DNA of 50,739 nt from Gekko japonicus (Eukaryota): NCBI RefSeq assembly GCF_001447785.1, contig NW_015168723.1:248001-298739 (forward strand), in the 5' to 3' direction. Positions within the stretch are counted from its first letter, which is position 1. Every line of letters starts with the position of its first letter. The notes under the pieces are model-generated. The model was not told the origin of the DNA. It did no database searches and saw nothing but the letters and a program-made list of their open reading frames with translations. Made by a program: the position numbers and the translations under genes. Positions 20,766 through 32,594 of this stretch are shown in pieces.

Positions 20766-21159
20766 GCTCCCCGATCTGCACCATTCCACATGGCCTGCCC
20801 GATTAGCGAGGGATTTGCTTGCTCTCCGACTGGCATCGCCGGGAGGGGGGGGGAACACAGCTAAATTCCAGCCGGTCAGCAAGAAATATCGTTCCCGTTC
20901 CCCGCCCTTCTGTGAAAAGTCCGGGATCCGCCTGGCATCCCCACCCACTGCAGATGCCAGTGGAAGCCACACAGTCGCTATCTTTGTCTCGCAAGCCGGG
21001 GAACAAAAGAGACTTTTGTCGCCGTCGCCCAGGGTCTAGTTTGTGATGATGCCACGCTCTGCCAGGGAACAACAAGATCTGTAGTCCTGGTGCGGGCTGA
21101 GTGCAAGCCAGATGCTACTCAGATAAAACTTTCTCCCTTTCTTATAACGCTAAGTGGAG

Positions 21160-21250
21160 GGTCACCCAATGCAGCTGCTGAGTCATAGCCCCAGGGTTGA
21201 CATCATTCACCTAGGGCACTCACTGCCACTAGACACAATAATCGCAGGGC
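21160..21250. promoter_or_regulatory. Putative CRYAB upstream enhancer (E-box overlapping a Maf/AP-1/ARE-type site)
   Basis: CAGCTG at 21172-21177 overlaps TGCTGAGTCAT at 21176-21186, in unique sequence about 500 bp upstream of the TATA box. Confidence 0.4.
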
Positions 21251-22184
21251 CTTCCTAAACAGAGTCGACTTTAGTGGGCTTAAAGGTAAAGGTTTCCCTT
21301 GCTCGAAAGCCAGTCGAATCCGACACTAGGGGGCGGTGCTCATCTCCGTTTCCAAGCCGAAGAGCCAGCGCTGTCCGAAGACGTTTCCGTGGTCATGTGG
21401 CTGGCATGACTAGATGCCGAGGTGCACGGAATGCTGTCACCTTCCCACCGAAGCGGTACCTATTAATCTACTTGCAGTTTCTTGCTTTCGAACTGCTAGG
21501 TTGGCAGGAGCTGGGGGCAGAGGCGGGGGCTCACTCCATCATGCGGCACTCGGGTCTCGAACTGCCGAACTACCCACCTTCTGGTCTGCAGTTCAGCCAC
21601 TGCAGCCCCGTCAGTGGGCTTAGAAAGGTGTAATTCTTTTTAGGATTGCACTGTCAGAGCAGTTTGAGGATCACACCAGGAACAGGGAGAGGTCTAGACT
21701 TGACCTCAGACATGAGACTCGCTGAGTGACCGGGCCAGTCAGTGCTGGTCTGAGTTCCAGGGAGAAAGAGCAGAACGCAACAAAATCTATAGGAACAGCC
21801 ACTACCAGGGCTATTTTTGGGCAGGAACGCACAGGGTGGCTCCTGAGTTGGCCACGCCCAGCAGGAACTCATTAGCATAATAGGCCACACCCAACAGCAG
21901 AAACTCATTCGGATTGGCTACATTAGGGGTGTGTAGCCTAACATGCAAAGGAGTTCCTGCTACAGAAAAAGCCCTGGGTTTTGACAACAAACAAGGTAAA
22001 CAGAATAAGAAGCAAAAGGTGGGTGTGGCTGGATGAGCACACTTCTGGTGTTAAGGAGCTGTGCGGTCAGGTTGTGGCTCAATATGCTATTGAGTTTCTG
22101 CTGTTGGGTGTGGCCTATTATGCTAATGAGTTCCTGCTGGGCTTTTTCTACAAAAAAACCCCTGGCCACTACCTTTTCTTTGTT

Positions 22185-22383
22185 TCTTTTGCCATCAAGT
22201 CGCAGCCAATTTATGGTGACGTCGGAGGGTTTCCAAGGCAAGAGATGGTTTGCCATGGCCTGTCTTTGCTCAGCAACCCTGGACTTCCTTGGTGGTCTCC
22301 CACCCAAGTATTGACCAGGGTGACTCTGCTTAGCTTCTGAGGCCTGACAAGATCAGATGAGCCTGGGACATCCAAGTCAGGGT
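22185..22383 (-). mobile_element. 5S rRNA-derived SINE (SINE3-like) with an RTE-like tail; partial copy at about 48375-48505
   Basis: Minus strand GATCTTGTCAGGCCTCAGAAGCTAAGCAGAGTCACCCTGGTCAATACTTGGGTGGGAGACCACCAAGGAAGTCC aligns with the 5S rRNA internal control region. Confidence 0.72.
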
Positions 22384-24789
22384 GCCGCTACTTTAAAAAA
22401 AAATTCAGCAGAAAAGAAGAAGTCTCAGAGCGGCTCACAAACTCCCATCCCTTCCCCTCCCCACCACAGACACCCTGTGAGGTAGGCAGGGATGAGAGAG
22501 CTCTGACAGAAACTGCCCTTTCAAGGACAGCTCTGACAGAACTATGGCTTGCCCAAGGTCATCCAGCTGGCTGCAAGTGGAGGAGTGGGGAATCAAGCCC
22601 AGTTCTCCCAGATTAGACTCTGCCTGCACCCCTCCCCACCACAGACACCCTGTGAGGGAGGTGGGGCTGAGAGAGCTCTGACAGAGACTGCTCTATTTCA
22701 AGAACAGCTCTTATCAGAGCTACAGCTTGCCCAAGGTCATCCAGCAGCTGTGAGTGGAGGCGTGGGGAATCAAACCCTGTTCTCCAAGATTAGAGTCCGC
22801 GCACTTAACCACGACACCAAACTGACAACCTCTCTGTTGGCAGGTTTCAGCTGAGATACCTGAACATGGGACGCAGTGTTCCCTCTAAGCTGAGTTCTTG
22901 TGAGCTAGCTCGTAGCTTTTTAGCCTCCGGCTCACACATTTTCATCTCAGCTCAGGAAGGAGGGCTCCAGAGCAGACTAATTGATACAGCAGCCAAACCG
23001 CTCGCTCACAGCTTTAATGCCAGCAGCTCATAAAGTAGAATTTTCCCTCACAAGACTGCACGGCTTAGAGGGAGCGTTGCATGGGACCCCTCTGTAAGGA
23101 TGCCATGTACCTCTGAATATAATGGCAGGAACAACATCATGGGGATAAGTGACAGCTCTGAGCACTGCTTAGGGTTGCCAAACTCCAGGCGGGGCCTGGA
23201 GATCTCCTGGATTTTCAACTGATATCCGGACTACTTAGATCAGGTCCCCTGGAGAAAACGGCAGTTTTGGAGGGCCATCTCTATGGTATTATATCCTGCT
23301 GAGGTCCCTCCCCTGCTCAAACCCCACTGCCCCCAGGCTCCACCCCCCAAATCCCCAGACATTTCCCATCCCAGAGTTGGCAACTGTACTTCTGTTTGCA
23401 AACATTCTGGGGCATTCTGTTGTTTCCCACTGGAAACAGAATTCTAGACCTGGGTTTGATCCAGCGTGGCCATTCCTCGTGTTCCAAAGGCTTTTTGTTC
23501 ACTCAACTCTACTTCCATCCACAGGGCATCGAGGGGCACCGTCAGTGTTCCCTCTAAGCTGAGTCAGTGTGAGCTAGCTCACAGTTTCATAGCCTCCGGC
23601 GCACACATTTTTGTCTCAGCTCAGGAAGGAGGGCTCCAGAGCAACCTAATGTATGCAGCAGCCACATCGCTCGCTCTCAACTTTAATGCCAGTCGCTCAC
23701 AGAGTAGAACTCTTGCTCACAAGACTCCGGCACTCAGAGGGAGCATTGGAAACCCTCCCGGTTTCTTTTGAGTGTTTGCTTCCTCATGCCCCGCCCTCTG
23801 ACCTGAAACTTTCCCTTCGTATCCACGCGGCTGCTAACAATACGGGGTGACTCATCTCAACCCCGCTGGGTTAAATTTAAATCCGGGAGCCAGTCTGGTT
23901 GCTGTAGGCTCATGAATGAAGAGGCAGCGACTGAGCCAGGGTCGTTGCGCCACCGTCAGCTGAGCATGACATGAATGCTGTTCGTCCTGTTCTGACTTTC
24001 TCTGTTCGTCTTCCTTCGCTCTCCCGTCTCTGCATGGGCGTAGCCACTGTAGGCAGCATCCCTCACCGACAGGTTCCTCCTGCCTGTCCACGCTCCAGCA
24101 TCCAGGGTGCCCGACCTGCCATGCCCCTGCAGGGGCACCTTGGGATGCCAGGCACTGCCAGAGGCATCAGGGAGCTGCAGCTGGAAAGACACGCTTGGTC
24201 TAGCTGGCTTTCGATCTCATCCAGAAACACGATGTGCCTGTTCATAGCGTGTGCTCGTTTTTGCACAACGGGAACGTCAGTGCACAGTTGGGATTTGATG
24301 GCAGAGTTGGGACAGGGTTTTGCATCGGTGCGTCGCTTGGCGAAAGGGTTGCGGGCTTCACATAAGGCTTCAGTTTTTTAAGGAACACTCTGCAACACAA
24401 CAAGTTGATACAACATATATCTTGCCCATTTGTACCAAGGGAATGTCAGTTTCTCTCCACACTGTGTGAGGGATAGACACGGAACACGTACGCAGACACC
24501 CACAGGGCTACATCATGTGAACAGAGAATAGGGGTTAAGAATGTGGACTCTAATCTGGGAGAACCAGGTTTGATTCCCCACTCCTCCACATGCAGCTGCT
24601 GGTGTGACCTTGGGTTCTCTCAGAGCTGTTCTCTCAAGAGCAGTCCTTGAAAGAGCTCTCTCGGCCCCACCTACCTCACAGGGTGTCTATTGTGGGGAGG
24701 GGAAGGGATTGTAAGCTGCTCAGATTCATTCAGGTAATGAAGGGCAGGGTATAAATCCAACTTCCTCCTCCTCCTCTTCTTCTTCTTCT

Positions 24790-25306
24790 TACATAAGAAC
24801 ATAAGAGATGCCAATGTTGGATCAGACCAAAGGCCCATCCTGTCCAACACTCTGTGTCACACAGTGGCCAGAAATACCAGTGCCATCAGGAGGTCCACCA
24901 GTGGGGCCAGGACATTAGAAGCCCTCCCACTGTTGACCCCCCCAAGCACCAAGAAGACAGAGCATCACTTGCCCCAGAGCCCCTATCTATACCTTGTGGC
25001 TAATAGCCACTGATGGACCTCTGCTCCATATGCTTATCTAATTCCCTTTTGAAGCCGTCCATGCTTGTAGCACCCACCACTTCCTGTGGCAGTGAATTCC
25101 ATGTGTTTATTACTCTTTGGTTGAAAAAGTACTTCCTTTTATCGGTTCTAACCCGACCGCTCAGCAGTTTCATGGAGTGCCCACGAGTTCTTGTATTGTG
25201 AGAAAGGGAGAAAAGTACCTCTTTCTCTACCTGCTCTTTCCCATGCATAATCTTATAAACCTCGATCATGTCACCCCTCAGTCATCGTTTCTCCAAGCTA
25301 AAGAGC
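24790..25306 (-). mobile_element. CR1 LINE, ORF2 C-terminus plus 3' UTR, running into a gap
   Basis: ORF 25000-25269 encodes MIEVYKIMHG...RTRGHSMKL...RKYFFNQRVINTWNSLP, the classic CR1 ORF2 end. Confidence 0.92.
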
Positions 25307-28300
25307 NNNNNNNNNNNNNNNNNNNNNNNNNNNNNNNNNNNNNNNNNNNNNNNNNNNNNNNNNNNNNNNNNNNNNNNNNNNNNNNNNNNNNNNNNNNNNN
25401 NNNNNNNNNNNNNNNNNNNNNNNNNNNNNNNNNNNNNNNNNNNNNNNNNNNNNNNNNNNNNNNNNNNNNNNNNNNNNNNNNNNNNNNNNNNNNNNNNNNN
25501 NNNNNNNNNNNNNNNNNNNNNNNNNNNNNNNNNNNNNNNNNNNNNNNNNNNNNNNNNNNNNNNNNNNNNNNNNCTCCTCCTCCTCCTCCTCCTTCTCATC
25601 ATGAAGCTGCTTTCAACTGAATCAGACCCTTGGTCCATCTAGGTCAGTCTTGTTTCTTCTGACTAGCAGCTTCCCTCCAGGGTCTCAGGCAGAGAAAGGT
25701 ACTACCTGATACTTTGAACTAGAGATGCCAGGGATTGAACCTGCGACCTTTCGCAAGCCAAGCGGGGTGTCAGACTCCTGCAACCATCAGTTCCCAACAG
25801 CTTTCTTCCAAAGAAGTAAAGTTTATCGAGACAGTGGATAGTTTGCTGATCTCATGGCATCTCATGTTAGAACTGGATAGATGCGCGCAAAGCAAGCGAT
25901 ACCCCTGAATTGGCCCAGGGCCAATGAGGACCCAGGTAAAAGCCCGCCAGAATAACAGGCCCCGGTTCCCAGGGGAAATACTACACCAGGGATTGAAGGT
26001 CAAGCATAGATAACAGAAACAGAGGTGACACAGAGGGAAAGAATCCTAACATTCCAGAGCAGGCACACACACACACACACACACCATGGCAGCCAGGACT
26101 AGCCAGAGGCCGAGCAGACAGCAGGTGTTTTGCCAGTCAGCCATGACCCCTGTGCAGATCCCTGCAGGAATCTTCTCAGTCCCCAGCAGCATCTCCAATT
26201 AAAAGGATAGGATCAGGGGTCGTTTCGTAGAAAAAGAGCTAGAGGAACTCATTAGCATAACTCATTAGCATATGCCACACCCCCTGACATCAGGGGCCCA
26301 GCGGTGGACCTGCAAGGCCGGCGGGAGTGCGAGGAAGCCCCGCCAAGGCCCTCCCTGGCCCCAGGCAGGCAGGGGTGGGGAGAGGCGGGGAGGAAGCAAC
26401 TTACCCTACCTCTTCTCCTGCCTCCTCCTGACAGAATGAGGGCCGGAAGCGGGGCTGACTAGCGATGGTGGCTAAAGAGAATCTCTAACCCCAGTGGCCA
26501 CAGGCAACATCAGGGGAAGGCCTTGACCTCCATGCCCCATTATTGGCCCTCCTGGTGGGCCACTACGTGATCCAGAAAAAATCCACAAAAAATGGAGAAC
26601 TGTATAGTGATTGCGCTTAAGAAGTTTTTAAACAGCAATTGTAGACTATAAAAGGACCAGGCAGCAGGTGATATGAAAGGCCTTTCACTGCCTGAGACCC
26701 TGGAGAGCTGCTGCCAGTCTGAGTAGACGATACTGACCTTGATGCACCGATGGTCTGATTCAGGTGTCATTTCATAGAAAAAGAGGTGCAGGAGCTCATT
26801 AGCATAGCTCATTAACATAACTGATTTGCGTATGCCACACCCCCTGACCTCACCGGAAGTGTGTCAGAAGGCAACACCCACCACTCAGGCACCACTGGAC
26901 TCTTTTCGATTGCTAGCTATTGTGGGGTGGGGGGGGCTGTGCAGATCTGCCCTCACAGAGGAGGGAGAGCTTGTACCTGAATAAACCTTGGCCTTAAAGG
27001 TGTCACTGGACTGTTTTGGATTGCTATGGGGAGGGCCTCTGCAACTTACCTGGCTGCTTCTTGCTCCGTGTGGCCCGGGGCTGCTGGGAGCAGGGGGCGG
27101 GGCTTGTTGCATGCCCCCGCCCCCTTGGCTCTTTACTGCCGGAGCTCCGCTCCTGTGCACTCCCGCAGGAAATGACCCCTGCTCTGATTCAGCATCAGGC
27201 ATCTTCACATGTTCATGTGAGAACATGTAGAGAGGAGCCCCGAGTGGCATAGTGAGGGGGAAGCGGGTTGGAGGCACACGGCAGCCCTCTGCCCCCTAGC
27301 TTCAGGTCCGGGCCCCAGAGGGCTGAGAGAGCGCAGCCCAGGCCGGCTCCCCCTTCTCCGGTTTCATCTTCTGTCCGCAAGGCAGACAGTCTGTCTTTGC
27401 ACCTGCTGCTCCAAAAGAGGCTCTCCTGTTTCATGCCAGGAAAAATATTTTTGCAAATATTAATAACTTTCTAATTGGCGTCATTGCGCAGGCAAAAGGG
27501 AGGCTATCTCCTGGCGGTCTGTTGACCACTTCTGCAGAGCAGAGCTTGGAGAAGTGCTCGATTGTCCTCGTGGCTCCTGGCGCAGCGGCCCTGTCGAGCT
27601 GCCTGCCGCCCTTCCCATTTTGTCAAGGGAAACAGAGGCTGAGGCCAACAGCCAAACTGGGCTTCGAACGTGTCTTTCTCCATACAAGTCTGATATCCCA
27701 AAACAGACAGATGCCTTCCTGGGAAGAGAGTCCCCCTGATTGTGACATTGGGCAATGGCCAACCACCTCTGCTTCTCACTTGCCTCGGAAGCCCCCTGCT
27801 GGGGTCCTCAGAAAGCGCTCTCTCCGCCCCACCTGCCTCACAGGGTGTCTGTTGCAGGGAGGGGAAGGGAAAGCAGATTGTAAGCTGCTCTGAGACTCCT
27901 CCTGGTAGTGAAAGGTAAAGGTTTCCCTTGCTCGAAAGCCAGTCGAATCCGGCTCTAGGGGGCAGTGCTCATCTCCATTTCCAAGCCGACGAGCCAGCGC
28001 TGTCCGAAGACGTTTCCGTGGTCATGTGGCCGGCATGACTGAACGCCAAGGCGCACGGAATGCTGTTACCTTCCCACCGAAGTGGTACCTATTTATCTAC
28101 TTGCAGTTTCTTGCTTTCGAACTGCTAGGGTGGCAGGAGCTGGGGCCAGGGACGGGAGCTCACTCCGTCACGCAACACTCGGGTCTCGAACTGCCGAACT
28201 ACAGACTTTCCTGTCTGCAGCTCAGCATCTTAACCTCTGAGCCACCTAGGTCCATGTGAAGGGCGGGGCATCAATCCAATCTCCTCCTCCTCCTCCTTTC

Positions 28301-28334
28301 TGCAGATGAACATCCCAAGTGGTCATTTTTCTCC

Positions 28335-28495
28335 AGGCCAGTTTGTTGTTGTTGTTTTTGCCATCTTCTGGGCATAGAGAAGGGGTCACTGGGGATGGGG
28401 GGGGATTTGTGAATTTCCTGCATTGTGCAGGGGGTTGGACTAGATGACCCTGGAGGTCCCTTCCAACCCTATAATAATATGATTCTGTGATTCTG
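28335..28495 (+). mobile_element. CR1 3' end of a second family
   Basis: GGGTTGGACTAGATGACC...GGTCCCTTCCAAC followed by ATTCTGTGATTCT terminal repeats. Confidence 0.8.
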
Positions 28496-28931
28496 ATGGC
28501 TGAAGCGGTCACGAGAAGCGCAGTGATATGGGATGAGGGGTTGGGGGGAGAGGCACGGAGATGCAGCCGCTCATCGTGCGCCATCAGATCTTTCATGCCC
28601 TACATTTATGTTCGTTGTCCAGTTGTCCCAGCAGGCCTGGGGGAAGAGCATTTCCCCGACATTTCTAACAGCTGCGGGCACATTGTCACTGGCCGCCTCC
28701 CGCCACCTTCCAGCAGCGAAAAAGACGCCTCTGGTGGAATGCAGCAAGTTGCTTTGGGCCTTCACCCAGGGCTCGGCGTTCCAGGGCCTGTCTGTCTATT
28801 TCGGTCCGTATTTCATCACCCACTCCTCCCCGTGGAATTTAGCTCGATGAAAACATTGCAAATCTGGCCGGGGCTCTTGCTCAGAGAGAGTGGGGCAGGT
28901 ACGCCGAAAGGTCCCTTGCCCAGCAGCGAGC

Positions 28932-29025
28932 ATGGCCGAGCGCACCGTGCCTCACGCCTACCCCATGAGTGCAGAGTACGAGTTTGCCAACCCCAGTAAG
29001 ATCTATGATCAGAACTTTGGAGAAG
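28932..29025 (+). CDS. HSPB2: HSPB2 exon 1 (MAERTVPHAYPMSAEYEFANPSKIYDQNFGE)
   Basis: Matches human HSPB2 RSVPHAHP..AEYEFANPS..Q.FGEG; good Kozak context AGCATGG; donor AAG|GTAAGA, phase 1. Confidence 0.95.
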
Positions 29026-31344
29026 GTAAGAGGGAGGGAGGGAGGGAGGGAGGGAGACCCACACTGGAGGCAAACACATCCTTACACATCCAGAGCCAGT
29101 TTGGTGTAGTGGGTAAGAGCGAGGACTCTAATCTGGGAGAACTGGGCTTGATTTCCTGTTCCTCCGCATGCAGCTGCCGGTGTAACCTTGGGTCAGTCAC
29201 AGTTCTTTTAGAGCTCTTATGGAAAGAGCCGTTTCTGTCAAGAGCTCTCTCAGCCCCACCTACCTCACAGGGTGTCTGTTGTGGGGAGGGGAAGGGAAAG
29301 GAGTTTGTAAGCCGCTCTGAGACTCCTTCAGGTAGTGAAGGGCGGGGTATAAATCCAATCTCCTCCTCTTCTTCTTCTTCTTCCAAGGACAGGCTGCTGA
29401 ATCTGCTCTATTATTTATGTATCTATTTATCTCTTGCCTTTTTCCCCAATGGGACCCAAAGCGGCTTACGTTGTTCTCCTCGCCTCTTTTTTATCCTCAC
29501 AACAACCTTATGAGGTAGGTTAGGCTAAGAGTGGGTGACTGGCACCAGGTCGCCCAGCCGGCTTCCGTACCGCATAGAGAGCGGAACCTGGGTTTACCCA
29601 GCTCCTAGACTGACACTTTAACCACTACGCTCCTGGATACTCCATTTTTAAACAGCAAAAGAAATAATAGGTAAAGGTAAAGGCTTCCCTTGCTCCAAAG
29701 CCAGTCGAATCCGACTCTAGGGTTGCAGTGCTCACCTCCGTTTCAAAGCCGAAGAGCCAGCGCTGTCCGAAGACGTTTCCGTAGTCATGTGGCCGGCATG
29801 ACTAAACACCAAGGGCCGCTGTGTTGGTCTGCAACAGAAGAGCAAGAAATCGAGTCCAGTAGCATCCTTAGAGACCAAAAAGAATTCCAGGGAGAGTCAG
29901 GCAGGTATCCGACGAAAGGAGTTTGGCTCTTGAGAGGTTATACCCTGGAATTCTTGTTGGTCTCTCAGGTGCTATTGGACCCAAGAAACGTTTAATGTTT
30001 CTCCTGTATTTTCTGTGGGGAGGCGTGTGCAGGATGCAGCCTTAGAGTGTTATCAGGTGGCCATGACAGGCCGCTGTCTCGATCACAGAAGGACAAGCAG
30101 ACTTCCGGAGCTCTTCAGAAGTTGGTCAGGTTGGAAGAAAGATGGGGGAGTGGGTGAGCATGGTGAAGTCTACAGTCTGTAGCATCTTAAGATGGAATGA
30201 AGGTGGTGTCATGCGGACCGTGCTTGGTGTACAATAATCTCAGGAGGCACCAAAGGCTGAAAGAATCATGGCTTCTGGGTATACATGTGGAAAGCTTCTA
30301 CGTGTCCCCCCCCCCAAATGGTGTTCTTAAGTGTGCTGTGGACTCCTGGAGCGTGCATTGTCTCGCACTGCATGGTGGAGCAATATTGTCGATCTCTTTC
30401 CAAGACCTTTTTCTACTAGTGTGAGAACCCCCATTTTATTTATTTATCCACTTCATTGGTATTCCACTTTCCTTCCCCCTGGGGGCCCAAAGCAGCTTAT
30501 ATTGTTCCCCTTCTCCTCCATTCAGTCTTCACGACAATGCCAGTAGCTCACAAAGTAGGATATTTGCTCACAGGACTCCACAGCTTAGAGGGAGCATTGG
30601 TCGCCAGGTCCCCCTTGGCCACAAGCAGGGGATTGGGTGTGTGTGATAGGATTGCCACATTCAGGTTGGGAAACTGCTGGAGATTTGGGTATGGAACCCG
30701 GGGAGGACAGGGACCTCAGTGGGGTAGGATGCCATAGAGTCCACCTGCAAAGCACTTGTGTTCTCCAGGGGAGACGATCTCTGTAGTCTGGAGATGAGCT
30801 GTAATTCCAGGGGCTCCCCAGGTCCCACCTGGAGGCTGGCATCCCTAGACAGGAGGCAGCACCTCCTGGGACTTTGGTAGTCCAGCTAGCTCAAAGCTTA
30901 ACCCTGAGGCAGCGTCTGAAGGATCTGTGAAAAGACTACAGTTGCCAGCTCCGGGTTGGGAAATTCCTGGAGATTTGAGGGGGGTGGAGCCTGGGAAAGG
31001 GTGGAGTCTGGGGAGGGAAGGGACCTCGGCGGGGTACACAGTACCATAGAGTCCACCCTCCAAAGCAGCCATTTGCTCCAGGGGGATTTATCTCCGCTGT
31101 CTGGATAGCAGTTGTAATCCTGGGAGAACTCCAGAACCTCCACACCTGGAGGTTGGCAGCCCTAGAAAGGACCTCTTCCTGTAGCAAGCCTGGGATCTTG
31201 GCGGAAGCAGGTGGAAGCCATGACTGGACGAGAGGCCTCCCAGCTGCTATATGGGATGTCAAGTGGCATCTCTGGAATCCATGACTGTTGGCGTGTTGGG
31301 ATACGCTCTGGGGGACGAGCAGCCTCTAGCCATGGGAGCTTATG

Positions 31345-32252
31345 CATGAACACATGAAGTTGCCTTATACTGATTCAGACCCTTCGTCCATCGAGGTCAG
31401 TCTTGTCCACTCAGACTGGCAGTGACTCTCCGGAGTCTCAGATTGAGGTCTTTCACATCACCTAACACCTGATCCTCTCAACTGGAGATGCCGGGGATTG
31501 AACCTGGGACCTTCTGCATGCCAAGCAGAGGCTCTAACACTGAGCCACGGCCCCCTCTTTATTGCTTTCCAGGGTCTCAGGCGGAGGTCTTCCAAGTCAC
31601 CTACTGCCTGGTCCTTTTTAACTGGAGATGCCGGGGATTGAACCTGGGACCTCCTGCATGCCAAGCAGAGGCTCTTCCACTGAGCCACAGCCCCTCTATA
31701 CAGCTCTCCAGGGTCTCAGGCAGAGGTCTTTCCCATCACCTCCTGCCTGGTCCTTTTTAACTGGAGATGCCAGGGACTGAACCTGGGACCTTCTGCATGC
31801 CAAGCAGAGGCTCTACCACTGAGCCACAGTCCCTCTTTACAGCTCTCCAGGGTCTCAGGCAGAGGTCCTTCCCATCGTCTACTGCCTTGCACTTCCAACT
31901 GGAGATGCCGGAGATTGAACCTCGGACCTTCTGCATGCCAAGCAGAGGCTCTACCACTGAGCCACAGTCCCTCTTTACAGCTCTCCAGGGTCTCAGGCAG
32001 AGGTCTTCCAAATCACCTACTGCCTGGTCCTTTTAACTAGAGATGCCGGGGATTGAACCTAGGACCTCCTGCATGCCAAGCAGAGGCTCTACCACTGAGC
32101 CACAGTCCCTCTTTACAGCTCTCCAGGGTCTCAGGCAGAGGTCTTTCCCATCACCTCCTGCCTGGTCCTTTTTAACTGGAGATGCCCGGGATTGAACCTG
32201 GGACCTCCTGCATGCCCAGCAGATGCCCTGCCACTGAGCCGTAGCCCCTCCC
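31345..32252 (-). repeat. Tandem array of six ~139-bp tRNA-Ala-like SINE head units attached to one SINE tail
   Basis: CT(G/A)GAGATGCC recurs at about 31482, 31622, 31761, 31899, 32037 and 32177. Confidence 0.88.
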
Positions 32253-32594
32253 CAGGTGTTTCCTCAGGACTAGAGTTTGAACTGGGATGTGACAAGATCT
32301 TTCTGACCCTCTCTCAAAAGGCACACGAGAGGAACAAGCATCAGCTTTTCCTGAGCTCCAGTTGAAAGGACCAGGCAGTAGGTTGATACGGAAGACCTCT
32401 GCCTGAGACCCTGTAGAGCTGCTGCCTGTCTGAGTAGACAATACTGAATTTGATGGACCAAGGGTCTGATTCAGGATAAAGCAGCTGCAATATGAGAGTT
32501 CTGTTCGGGGGTGGTGGTGGTCATGGCTCGCTGGTACAGCATCTGCTTGACATGCAGGAAGTCCTGGGTTCAATCCCCAGCATCGAAGAGAACA

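Noticed and set aside
22273-22383. Possible 5S rRNA gene
   Set aside because: Diverged, lacks proper 5S ends and terminator, and is fused to a retroposon tail.
28487-29513. 170-aa and 207-aa ORFs around HSPB2 exon 1
   Set aside because: Only 28932-29025 is homologous to HSPB2; the rest reads through UTR, intron and SINE.
31480-32250. Possible tRNA-Ala gene cluster or CRISPR-like array
   Set aside because: The units continue into SINE body sequence, have imperfect acceptor stems and a GGC anticodon not normally used for eukaryotic Ala tRNAs. There are no unique spacers or cas genes, and the DNA is eukaryotic.
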